A stretch of DNA of 64,000 nucleotides from Prorocentrum cordatum (lineage: Eukaryota), in contig CAUYUJ010000159.1 in the NCBI GenBank assembly GCA_963575745.1, positions 434,001 through 498,000 of the forward strand, given 5' to 3'. Positions 25,333 through 37,799 of this stretch are shown here, one piece after another. A program made the translations under genes and the position numbers. The notes beneath the pieces are model-generated. The model saw only the letters and a list, made by a program, of their open reading frames with translations, ran no database searches and was not told where the DNA came from. Position 1 is the stretch's first letter. Each line of letters starts with the position of its first letter.

Positions 25333-27702
25333 AACCCCACCAGCCCTCTGGGGTTGCTTCGCCACAACCCATCCTTCCCCTGCTCGGGGGAGGGGTTTAG
25401 CACCGTTCCCTATTAGTATACACCCGCTCCCTCAGGCGACCGGCAGCCAACCAAGAACAATGCCAACCCTATGGTCACCCCCCCAACCACCCCTGTCAAA
25501 AAAAAGCAATACAAAACACACTCTGCCTGCACATTCGGAGCATGCGCAGCCAACCCGATGCGCCCCCCCACCATCCCTGTAACAAAAATACAACGTACAC
25601 TTTGGGGCAAAGTCTTGAGGCATGCTCGTGAGGCCCACGAGCACTTTGTATGCTTTTTGGCAGGAAAGGCGGGGGTGTCAGCATGTTGCCTGCTGTGCGC
25701 AGGGCCACCATCCCTGTCAAAAACACAACCAAAGGCACCTCGCGGCTAAATCTGGATCGTGCACGGCCACCCCGCGATCACTGTTAAGTGGTCTTTGGCA
25801 AGAACGGCGGCGGTGGTGGCGTATGGCCTGCTGTGCACAGGCCCACCAAACACAATGATGGGCATTGATTTTCTACAAGGATGGTGGGGGCCGACATGTT
25901 TCCCGATGTCCGCTGTCACGTGCGCAGCCGCACCTGACACACTCCGCACGTGCCCCGAACGTGGTGCACCTGGCCCGGCTAGAGTATGCGGCACACGTGG
26001 CGCACGTGGCGCATCTGGCGCACCAGGCGTGCCTGGCACTCTCTGGCCCCATGGGTGCCTGGCGCGCGTGGCGCGCCTGGCACGCGTGGCGCACCTCGCC
26101 CCAGTGTCGCACACATGGGGTCGATTTTGGCGCGCAGTAGCTGCCCATCCAAAGACGGCCGCTGAACATGCTGAGGCTCGGGTGTTACGTACGTATGTGT
26201 TGGGAGGACGGGTGGGAGTGAGCTAGACGGCTTGCTATCAAGGAGGGTACCTTGACCCCTCCCTCTCTACCCCCTCCCCTGGGCCTGGGAAGGGGGCGAG
26301 CGGAGCCGTCACAGCGCCCAAGATGGCCCCAGATGGCTCTAGCAGGGCCAAAGACAGCCCAAGCGGGCCTCCCAAAAGGCTCGAAATACCTCAACATCGC
26401 CCACGATAGCCTCCGACAAATCTCCAAAGCACAAGGACACCCGGGCAGGGTTCCAAGTGCCACTTCCACCACCCAAGGTACCTCCCAAGAGGCCAAAATC
26501 TAAAATCACGGTGTTTTGGCTTCTCGCTTTTTCACAGCCAGTTGGCTTCTTGGGCTTCAGGGTGGATGGGCCCAAGATGGCCCCAAGAGCGTCCGAGGGG
26601 CGCCCATGGAGCGGCCCACGAGGCCCCCAGGAGGCCATCTTGGAGCCTCCGAAGGGGCCGAGAGGAATTTCTGACCCCCCCTGCTTTGATCGATCTCCTC
26701 CAAAGGGCCCCGCGAGAGCCCCAAGGGGCGGCCAGCACCACCAGGGAGGCGCCCGGCATCACCAGGAAGGCCTTCAAAATGCCCTTTAAAAGGCCCCCTC
26801 GAGAGACCACAGAGGCTCCAAGAGGCTCTTCCTCCTCCTCCTCCTTCTCCTCCTCCTCCTCCTCCTCCTATTATTATTCTTCTTTTTTTTTTTCTTCTTA
26901 GTATCCGTATTTTTCCTTGTTTTAAATATCTTATTCATAGTCTTCTTCGTATTACTATTTTAGTCTTATTCGTATTATCATTCTGATGATTAATATTATT
27001 GTTACTATTATTGATAGTATTAATATAATTAATATTATTATTATTAACATTCGTGATAGTAATATTACTGTTGTTATTCGTATTAGTCTCAGTGTTATTA
27101 TTCTAATTATAAATATTAATAGTATTCATGTTGTGATTAATATAAACAGTAGTATTATTATCATCACCATTATTATTATTCCTCTTCTTCTTCCTCTTCT
27201 TATTCCTCCTCCTCCTCCTCCTCCTCCTCGTTCTCCTCCTCCTCCCATTCATCCTCTCATCTGGGGCAATATGATCTTATGGTTTCTAAACCCGTTCGGG
27301 AAAGCATTGGCAGCATGGTGGTACAGGAAGCCCTCCCCGATGGCAGAATCGTGGCAGGTCAATCTGTGTCGAAGGAGACCCCACGAAGACCCCCATGAAG
27401 CCAAAACGGCGTCAGGTCGACCTGTTCAACCTACTTTTGAAAACTCATACAACAAATGTTCCCGCCCTCCCCGCACCCCCGAGAAGAAAAACCCAAAAAA
27501 ACATCCAGTGCGACTGTCGCAGTGTACTTTTCTACGCTGCCCTCATCAAAGCAACCCGCCTGGCGATCGTGTCTGGATAGGATGGTGGGATTTTGTTGGC
27601 CGCAGCCCCAAGCGAAGGCGCAGGCGGCGTCTAAAGTCGACCCGGGCTGCGGGCGGAACCTAATTGCCAGCGAGCTGGTGGGATACGCGAAGCGTCAAGA
27701 AC
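25333..27702 (+). mobile_element. Probable composite non-autonomous Helitron2-like element with nested repeats
   Basis: 5' aaccccaccagccctctggggtt; 3' gctggtgggat-acgcgaagcgt-caagaa, the same end signature as the elements at 50548-54708 and 60076-63258. The interior is mosaic, so pairing these two ends is inferred. Confidence 0.45.
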
Positions 27703-27997
27703 TATCCTACCCCCCCTGCCGGCCCCCACCCCATCCCCGCAGCTACGGTTCCTACGGTCGCCACTGCGGCCCCCCCACGGACGGGCGCCCCGCCCTCCCG
27801 TCGAAGCACTCCCGTCGAAGCAAAGCCCGACCTCCCCCCATTAGGGGCCCGCCTAGCACAGCAAGGGTGCAGCGAGGGGTCCGCGAAGCCCCTGAGCGCT
27901 CTCACGCGTCTGTGTAAAACGCTGGTACTGAGGTATAGCACGCGCAGCGAACACATCATGATGATGATGCTGATGATGATGAGGATGATGGTGATGG

Positions 27998-28044
<47 letters not shown>

Positions 28045-28754
28045 CTGATGGCACGCCCTTACAGACGGGTCCCCGAAATCCGCGCGCCGCGCGACCCAGA
28101 AGCGCCACCACCAACCGCCCCTCGACAGAAGGTGGGCAGGAAAAGAAAGAAGCGAGAGGAGAGAAAGCGAGAGAGAGAGAGAGAGAAAAAACAAAACAGA
28201 GAAAGAAAGTGGCAAATATACGAATCCAGACTGATAAGCAGAACACGGTTTGTGACTAGCCCTCCAAGCGGCGTTCACTTTTGAGTCGTCAGAGAACCCA
28301 CGTAGAATGCGAGTAACGAAATCACATTTAACTGAGACAACAACCCATAGAGCGACATGAGGAGTCCTCTGACCAGAAACCATTGTAGGTAAAGGGACAA
28401 ATAAACTATGGAAACAGTGAATAGTGAATCGGAAACTAAATTGAGTCGGGAAGGAACAACGCGGGGGATACAGCACTGTGAATCCCAGTAAGCGCGCGAA
28501 GATAGGAAGAACGCAAACTTGCCCGAGGAATTAGCATAGCTGATCAGACCAAGTTTCATCACGCTTTGTATTGGGCAGGAACTAGTGAAGGATAAGAAGG
28601 AAAGCCTCCCTTAGTCGTGCATCGATGGAGCAGCCCTCCACTTCCAGCACTCGGCCACACCGTCGCCCGTCCAATCGAGATTGTCCAGGTACCATATCAC
28701 GTTCTGTGCCCAGCCGCTCTCTGGGTCAACCCAGATCGCGTGGCATTGTGCGAT

Positions 28755-29337
28755 GATGGTGATGCTGGTGATGGTGATGATCACCAACATCATCATCAAC
28801 AACATCAACATCATCATCATCAACCACATAAGCATCATCAACACTACCGTCATCATCGTCACCATCAGCATCATCATCACCATCATCATTCACCATCATC
28901 ACCATCAGCATCATCATCCTCATCCTCATCATCACAACCCATTATCATGGTAAGCATCATCGTAATCAGCATCAGCTTCCTCAGCGTCAAAATCATCATC
29001 ATCGTCAGCATTCATCATCACCATCATCATCATCAGCATCATCATCAGCATCAGCATCAGCATCAGCATCATCATCAGCATCATCATCATCACCATCATC
29101 ATCATCGCCATCATCATCCATCATCATCGTAACCATCAACAACATCATAAGCATCACAATCAGCATCATGCTCATGAATTTCATCATCACCATCACCATC
29201 AGCGTCGTCATCATCGCCATTACCATCAGCATCACCACCATCGGCATCATCATCATCATCATCATCATCATCATAATAATAATCAGCATAATCATAATCA
29301 GCATCAGCATCAGCATCAGCATCAGCATCAGCATCAA

Positions 29338-29400
<63 letters not shown>

Positions 29401-29462
29401 TTCCCTCCTCCTCCTCCTCCTGCTCCTCCTCCTCCACCTCCTCCTCCTCCCTCTCCTCCTCC
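28755..29462. repeat. (CAT/CAG)n microsatellite followed by (CCT)n; a (GAT)n tract lies at 27957-28050
   Basis: Seen directly. Confidence 0.92.
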
Positions 29463-30944
29463 GTCCCCCCCTCGGCTGGGGGGGTGGACGAGAGGGGAGG
29501 GCAGGGGCCCTAAAAATCAGCCCCCGACCTCTCCCAGAGCGCGCGCTGACAACGGCCTCGAGGCGAGCCCGGCCGTGGCGACGCGGGCGCACGCCCGGGA
29601 GCACCAGAGAGGGGCAGCAGAGGCCGGGGGCCCCTGGCCCTGCTTCCCGCTGCCAGTCTCGGGGAGAGGTGAGTTGGCGGCGAGTCCAGGGGGAGCCTTC
29701 TCAGAAGGCCGTCCGAGATCTCGACGTCGCCCCTCAGAAGGCTCGGACCCCGTCCCCCCTTCTGAAACCCATAAGCACCGACACTGCTGCTCCCGAGACC
29801 TCTCCCGGGGCGCGCTCTGACCAGCGTTTCGAGGTGAATCCAGCGGTGGCGGCGAGGGCCCCCCAGGAGGCCGACAACAAACGAAAACGAGGGAAGGGTA
29901 GCGGTATCGGCACCTGCTCCTCCTCTGATCTTCCCTCGGCGGCGAGCGAGGGGGGCAAATGAAAAAAAGCGGGCCTTCTCAGAAAACTCGGGGCATGTTT
30001 TAAGCCTTCCCCGAAGATACGGAAAACTTCTCCAAGGCGCGAGGGCTTCTGAGCAGCCCCGCCGCCTTCTGAGAAGGCCTCCTCCTTCTCACTTCCCCCC
30101 CCTCGGTCGACCTGGGCTCGGGGACTCCAATTGGCCCGACGGGGCCATGAGGCAAATGACGAGACCCAGCCTGAAATTTGACGCGAGCTCCCGCTGCGAA
30201 CGTCCAACGAAAACGGAACCATCAAAATTCGGGAGGGGCCCGTCAAAAAGCGTCGCGAACCCGAGTTCCAGCGAACTCGGGTCTGGCGCTTCTGCGACTG
30301 TCTCGCCTCCCCCCCCTGAGGGGCAACACTAGGGAGGGACCTGCTCAGAGGAGGACACATCGACCTTGCACCAGCGATACGTCGCCGATAGCTCGGCGAT
30401 AGGCCCCCGGTAGAGAATCCGCACGCTCCTGGGCGGGGTGGGGCTGTCGGGCCCCATCCATGATGAATGGGCGACTGAGGGGCGTTCGGCGAGGCGTAGC
30501 CGCTGAAGGCACCCTGAGGTTGAACCCCACCTACAAGCGACGAAGACCGAAAACCTGTAACCAGTAACCCCGAACCTCGAAACTGCGCCCCCCCTGCAAG
30601 CACCCTTCCCCGTCAACCCTTCTGGGGGAACCCATAAGCACCGACACCGCTGCTCTCTGACCTCTCCCGGGGTGCGCTCTGACCAGCATTTCGAAGTTAA
30701 TCCAGCGGTGGCGACGAGGGCCCCTCAGGAGGCCGAAAAAGGTGAAAACGAGGGAAGGGTAGCAGTATTAACATCTTTTCCTCCTCTGACCATCCCTCGG
30801 CGGCGAACGAGGGGGGCAAGTGAGAAGGGGCGGGCCTTCTCAGAGAGCACGGAAGTCCCCTCGGCCTTATGAGAAATGTCCTAAGCCTCCCCCGAAGACA
30901 CAGAACAACTCTCATAAGGCTAGAATGCTAGAGCGCTTCTGAGA

Positions 30945-31140
30945 TAGGGGAACGAAACATTACATAAAAATGAATACTCGGAGGTCCACGCGGATTTCTT
31001 GGATCCGCGCTGACCCCCCCCCTGGCGCGCGGAGCGCGCCAAGAGCGGCGCCAGAGGCGCCGCCATGGGGCCCCAGCGCCAATCAGAGAAATCCGCGCGG
31101 ACCTCCGAGTTAATATGTTATGTCATTGTTCGTTCCCCTA
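30945..31140. mobile_element. 196-bp MITE, TIR taggggaacga/tcgttccccta, 5-bp TSD tgaga
   Basis: tgaga at 30940-30944 and 31141-31145; long internal inverted repeat; inserted inside the ggcggcga-TIR element 30797-31205. Confidence 0.82.
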
Positions 31141-31324
31141 TGAGAAGCCCCGCCGCCTTCTGGAAAGCCTCCTCCTTGTCACTTCCCCCCCTCGCTCGCC
31201 GCCGACTCCCTCACGCCGCGCGCCTCCTCGAGAAATCTGGCCAACACCGCGGCCTTGTGCGCCTACCAGCCGGCCGTGCCGGAGGGTTGGCCGGCGGGCG
31301 CCGCGCTCCTCCCCCTCCTCCCCC

Positions 31325-31818
31325 ATCGTCCTCCTCCTCCCTCCTTCTCCTCCTCCTCCTCCCTCCTCCTCCCTCCTCCTCCTCCTCCTCCTCCTCCTCC
31401 TCCTCCCTCCTCCTCCTCCTCCTCCTCCTCCTCCTCCTCCTCCTCCTCCTCCTCCTCCTCCTCCTCCTCCTCCTCCTCCTCCTCCTCCCTCCTCCTCCTC
31501 CTCCTCCTCCTCCTCCTCCTCCTCCTCCTCCTCCTCCTCCTCCTCCTCCTCCTCCTCCTCCTCCTCCTCCTCCTCCTCCTCCTCCTCCTCCTCCTCCTCC
31601 TCCCTCCTCCTCCTCCTCCTCCTCCTCCTCCTCCTCCTCCTCCTCCTCTCCTCCTCCTCCTCCTCCTCCTCCTCCTCCTCCTCCTCCCTCCTCCTCCTCC
31701 TCCTCCTCCTCCTCCTCCTCCTCCTCCTCCTCCTCCTCCTCCTCCTCCTCCTCCTCCTCCTCCTCCTCCTCCTCCTCCTCCTCCTCCTCCTCCTCCTCCT
31801 CCTCCTCCTCCTCCCCCT
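31325..31818. repeat. About 490-bp nearly pure (CCT)n polypyrimidine tract
   Basis: Seen directly. Confidence 0.95.
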
Positions 31819-32499
31819 TCCGCGTCCGAGACCTCTCGCGTTTTCTGAACGCCTGCAGAATGGCGCGGGTGGCGGCACCCTGCGAAAACTGACAGACGAG
31901 CACTGCTTGCTCATGGCCGCCGGCCGCATCCTCACCACGACGAAGTGTCGTCTCCCTCTGGGTCGGCCCACGTATGGCTGTTACCTCATAAGGAGCCCGA
32001 TAGCCCGCTCCGCCCAGGAACGTGCGGATCCACTATCAGGGGCCTACCGCCGATAGGTCGGCGAAGTATCGCCGCTTCTGGCCCGATGTCCCCCCCCGAG
32101 CATCTACTGCCAAGCGTGAGTGTTGCGTCGCAGGAAGGCGCGTCCGCACTGCGCCCCGTCTCTCGCTGTCCGCTGGTGCTGCTAGCGTCGCGCGAGCCCC
32201 CTGCGGCCAAGTACGCGCGCCGCGTCGCAGCACCAGGCGACCCTGCTAGCGCCTCGCGAGCCCTTGCGGCCAAGCACGAGCGTTGCGTCGCAGGTGTGCC
32301 TCCTATCCCGGCCACTGGCCGTTCGTTGATCAGGAGCCCCAGTTCCCGTTCCGATGGACTCCAACGCGCCCCTCGGTGCCGATCCTAGCTTGCGAACTGC
32401 CCCTTCCTTGTGAAGCTGTTTTTGTGATGATCGTCTCCAGCTGGCGATGCGTCGTCTTGACCTTCAACCGGAACCGGCACCTCTCCTGAGCGCCTCTTT

Positions 32500-35400
32500 A
32501 TTTTCCGTTGCTCTCGCGGGCCCTGAGAAGCGGCGTGCTGTCCGAGACCTGCTCCGCGCTGCCATTCAAGATTGTATCCTGGTAGTACCTCTCGACGCGG
32601 CCCCTCTCCGCTCCTTGCCCCGCGGCGCGCCCCATGTAGTTCACCACCTCGGCCCGCGCGCGGATGCGCGGGCTGCCGAGCGATGCCGCGTCCGCTTGTT
32701 CCCCCTGGTCTGCGCGTCGCCAATAATATTGTGCTGCCTCGTTGCGCCCTCGCCCAGCGCCCAACGCTGCTTTGGCGACCCCGCTGTTGGCGTCGGCCCC
32801 CCACGTCTGCATGGCCGCCGCCGCTAACTCCGCCTGCTCCGTGGCCAGCGCGACGGCGAGCCGCGCCGCGAGGTCCACCACCTGCGCGTTGGGCGCTGCT
32901 GCCCCTCCTCCTGCGGCTCCTCCTGCTGCGCCTCCAAGGAGGACTTCGTCGCTGTCGCCTGCGGCCTGGTCGCGGAGGCCCTCTCATTGCTGGCGCTGCT
33001 GGCGCCCGCTGCGAGCGCTGATCGAAGAGCGCCATCCTCTCTGGGAAACTGCAGGGTCGGCCTCGGCAAGCGCCTGCAGAGATGCTGGGAGAAGGAGCCC
33101 TAAAGCGAAATGTCTGCACATCGGGCACTTAGTCTGCGGTTTAGTCGGCTGGCTCTGGTTCCTCGTTCTGTCTGGAATGCAGCTTCTCGCTATCATGCTT
33201 CGTGTGATATGTTTCCGAGCTCCCCCCCCTCCCTACCCGTGAACGCCCGGAACCAATCGATGCACTCGTTGTTAGTGGTGAGTCGCGCTGCTAGACTACG
33301 CGCGCGATGGTCTTTGATGACGCGGCTGCGCAACGCTTCCTCGCTCGAGGAGAGCAGCCCGCACTCCGCCTGCCCTTCCCTGAGCACGCATTTCCGAGGT
33401 TGAAGGTCCCGCTGGGCGAGCTCCTCTCGAGAATCGCCGTTTTGTGCGTGTCCAGAAAGGGGGGGGGGTCGCCGCCGTCAGTTTAGCTGCTCTAACTTCT
33501 GGGACATCCAGAAGGTGAAGTTGCCCCCTAGCAGCGAGCGTGGGCACGTTTCCAATCGCGGCTTTTCTCGCCGTCGCCATCGTGCTCGAATCCGACGCGT
33601 CCGAACAGGGCGGCGATAAGCTGCCGATGTTTGCTCGGGAATCTCAATGCGTTCTTTGTCCAACCACGTCTTCGGACCAATGCTCCCTCCGATGGTGGCA
33701 TTTGCCAGTGGCGGAAAACCTCCAGCGCCGTGGGGCCGCGATCTGCACCGCCCGCGCGGCGCGAGCTCGCCCGGCCCGTCATGGCCCTCTTCGGGGGCGC
33801 GCCCATCGCGCCGCGCAGCAGCTGATACTCGTTCGTCGTCGGCAAGAAGAGCTCGATGCAGGAGAGGCCCGCGTTGATCACCCGGCAGATGAGCGCGGCC
33901 CGCTTCCACGTGCATGGGGTGTCCTTCTTCGTCCAGAAGCACCGCGCTCGTTGTGGCTCTTCTTCGTGGCCTGGGTGCGTTTCTGGAGTTCGCGGCGGTT
34001 GCTCTGCGTCGCCGTCGCGCGCGGGCCCAAGCGCCGCGCGGCGTTCGCGACCTTGCCCGGCATCTTGCACTGCGGTTTCTTCTTGACGTCCTTGCGGGCC
34101 TGGCTGGCCCCGCGGCCCTGGGAATGCATGCGGGCCTCCTGTTTGTCCTGATTCTGCTCGAGACCGATCTCGTTGAGGCGCGCGCTCAGCGTTTCGTCCA
34201 CCATCCGCGCCTGCTCGACCAGCTGGCGCACGTCGGCGTAGTTCTGACCAAAGGTCAGCCTCCGCAAGTCGCCCGCGCACTTCGTCAGGCCCATGCGCGC
34301 TGGGTGCCGGGCGAGCTCGCCGGCGCCGCAGAGTCGCCTGTCATCCGTCACCTCTTCACTGCAGTCAGCGATCCAGTGCTGCGCGCAAGGCGCGAAGCCC
34401 GCCGCGAAGATGCGCGCCATGTAGGCGTCGCCTATCAATCCACAACAGCGCGGTTCGATGCAGTCGCCCGCCTCGGCGCCCCTGCAGGGGATCTCGAGCG
34501 TGGCTCGTCGGTATCGTTGCTCGCCCATGTCCCGAATGCCGTCTGGCAGTGGCCGCGCCCATCACAATCCAAGAGTAGCTCGCGAATGCGTTGGGCATAT
34601 CCTTCGTCGTTTAGGCACAGTTGTAGCCCGCGCGTCTAGCTCTGCATTCCACAGCCGCCAAGGTAAATGTCGCTCCTTCGCTGCGTCTGCCCTTACTGTA
34701 GCCATAATCCTAGTCGCTCTGCGCTCTATCCTGCTTGCGGCGCATTCCTGCTGCGTAGTGCGCCATGTCAGTCGGGCCCATGATGTGGTAGATGCGTTTG
34801 CACGCGAGGCCCTTCTTCATGTTATTCCTGACTGCTGTTGCCGCGCATTGATGCCATCGCGCTGGCGCCGCGTCGCCAATTCGCATCGCCGCCAGCGTCG
34901 CCTTGAATAGTGCATGAAAGTGTCATGGTTCTCGTTGGTCTCTGCGTAGTCCAAGTCCGCGGCGCTGTCTTATTTGATGGCCATCGCGTGGACGCGCAAG
35001 TAGTCGCCTTGTCTCTGATGGCGCCGCTGTGGGCGGTGCTGTTCGTCGTAGTCTGGCTGCTGGCTCGTTAAAGGCGCCGCGTGAACTCGCCGCGCTTCTC
35101 CTCGACCTTCCCCAATATCTTCCTCATATCCAGTCCTTCTCCTCCGCGCTGTGAGATATGGTCTCCGTCTTCCATGCCGCCTGAGCCTTCTGGCAACTGC
35201 TAGAAATCGATCCACCTCTGCTCTGTCATGTTCGCGGTGGTGGCCTCCCGGTAGTCGCGTTTCCGCGGTCCGCGACGTCGTCCAGCGATAAGCCGCGATA
35301 GTCGCCCCGCTCTTGCGTGAGCCCGCTGCCCCTGCGCCTCGCGCATCTCCCTAGCATCGGTGCGCTTCTGGTGCTCTGTCTTGCGCATCCTTCTGCAGGT

Positions 35401-37300
35401 CTTCGTTATGGTTCCCAAGTGGCGCTCGATTGTTCACATCCGCATGTCTCTCTGTGAGCTGCTCTGGTATCACGTCGGGGCATGGATTGCTCAGGTTGTT
35501 CCCTCCGCCCCTGGGGTTCGGCCCCTTGGGCCCCCCTCTTCGAGGCGATCCATGCAAAGCGGGAGCTGCGACGAGGTGGGATCGTTAAGGCGAGTGATCT
35601 CAATGGTTGCGTCTGCGTGTAGGTCGCGAAAATATGCCCCGGCCTCTCGTCGGGCTCGAAGTAGCTGCATTGGTCTCTGCAAAGTTGGTCGTGCTAGTCC
35701 GCCGCCTAAGGTTGTTGCCCGTCGTGCTTCTGCGCCTCTGCGATCGAGATCTCGCTGATGTCGCTGAACAGCTGGTCCGCGCCCTTGCTCGCAGGGTCGC
35801 GCTGCGCGACTGCCTCCTCCGCGTCTGCGATGAGACCTGGGCGATGTTGTCCGCGTCGCGCTGCTTGGGCCAGGCCGCCCTCGCCCCGCCCCACCGCGGC
35901 GGCTGGCGTCGATGATGCACCCGTCGCCGCAGTGGGAGTCGGGGCGTGACATGCACTGGTACGTGGTCACGTCGCGCTCGGAATTGCATCTGTTGTAGTC
36001 GTGCGCTCATGCGCAGCAGTGGCCCCGTGCGAGACATGCGCCTCTGCCAAACTCTGCGGGATCAGAACGCAGTCGATGCAGATCGCGTTCGGGTCGCCAA
36101 AGCACGTTGGGCGCTGGGAGGTCACGGTGTTGATGATGATGAGTCCATGCCGATCTGCGTGCTGGCGGGCCGTCTGGCCTGCCCCCCCTGCCAATCGCGC
36201 AGGCGCCCTGCCTGGCCCCGCTGCCGGCGCGCCTGGCCCAGATCCTTTCTGCGCGATCCCCGCGCCGCCGTTCGGGTCGCCCGCCGCGATGATGATGGCA
36301 GTGCGTGGCCTGTTCTCGGTGACTGTCTATCTACGTGGGGACCCTATTCGAAGTGGCGAAGTAATCCTTGCGCGCGTTCTGGGCCTGGGAGGGCTGCGGC
36401 GGGCTGCAGTGTCCTATGATGATCCGCGTCTGGCCGTGGTGCTGCAGCGCGATGGTCAGCCCCCGTCCGCTAGGTTCTGGTGGCGGCCCCGCCGAGGCAA
36501 TGACTGTCGCGTTCCTGAGCCCGGTAGGCAGCGCGATAACAACCACCGCGCTCTCGTTGGTGAGGCCTCCTGCTTGCCAGCCAGCTTCGCAATGGCGCGT
36601 GTCCTCGATGCGGTTCTGGGCGATGATGGGCTCGTCTTCTGCGCTATATTCCCGCCAGTGACATCGCGTCGAAACTGGGCGCTTCTTCGTAGACATCCGC
36701 CAGCCCGTCGGGTTCTGGTCGAGGGCGGGATGAGGAAGAACACTGAGAGAAGCGGCTCGCGCCGCCGTCGCGCGGGCCGCCGCCCCGCCTATCCGCGCGG
36801 ACGGTGGAATTACATCGCGGCGGTCTGGGCTGCCCAGAGAACCCCTCGGGCCCAGATGGCAGCTCGAAGAAGAAGAACGGACGCACGCCGGCGTCGCGCG
36901 CGCTCCTCTGGCGAGCTCGCCCGCGCCAATTATGGCACGGCACAAAGGCCGTGGCCTCAACAGGAAGAGCTTCATTTCAAACTTTTGAAACGCATTCCCG
37001 CCCGCGTGATGACCACCGCTCCGCGCGCGCAGCGGCCCGGATGCATCTCTGGTCGTTCGCGTCGCGGCGCTCGCAGTGTCCAGGTTGGGCGGCTGCCCAG
37101 ATTTGTTCCTCTCCGGCGTCGCTTTGGACGCCCGAAATGGGCGCGGAAAGAATGGGTGCAATGCCCAACAACGAATGTTGCCCCAAACCAACGGCGGCCG
37201 CCGCTGGGCAAGCGGAGGCGGCATCCTGTCTCGAATGGGCACAGGCCGCGGCGGCGTGGACAGCGAGCCCTAGTCAAAAACGAACAAGATCTGCTGTTGG
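32500..37300 (-). mobile_element. Heavily decayed LINE-like retrotransposon
   Basis: RT-like remnants PNAFAS (34365..34598), RCCGLIGDAYMARIFAAGF and GLTKCAGDL...LNEIGLEQNQDKQE (33878..34528); many frameshifts and stops; boundaries approximate. Confidence 0.6.
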
Positions 37301-37799
37301 TCATTGTACCCATTCTTTCAGTACCCATTTCGTGCGCACGGAGTCGCTGTCCGAACTGCGCAGAAAATTATAAACGTCGCCGCCCCGCCGCCCCGGCTCC
37401 CCCCCCCGTCGCCGTCGCCCATGTTGGCGCGCATCAGCGTGAGGGTTTCATTCAAGCGCTCTCAGGGTCTAGCGCGCCGTGGGGCGATGAGCCACGGCAT
37501 TCGCCCATCGCCGCGCCATTCTACGAGGATTACGCAATGCATCTGGCATGTTGTGCATGAGCGCGAGTGACTCCCCCCCCGTGCTTCTGCGGATGAAGTC
37601 ACCGCAACTCCAGATCGTCATTCCGCGTGCCGTGGGGCTGCGTGTCCTCGTAGTCGCTGTCAGCGTCTTGCAGATTAGTCTGGTCGGTGGGCGGGTCGCT
37701 GCGCGCGTTGGAGTCGGTGGAATCGTCGGGGTGGTCTTAGTCGCTTGGACCAGCGGCTTCCTCTTCGCAGTGGAAGTCATTATCCTGGTTTGCTGCTGT

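Noticed and set aside
36001..37560. 519-aa plus-strand ORF
   Set aside because: Arg/Pro-rich antisense shadow of the decayed minus-strand LINE; no domain motifs.
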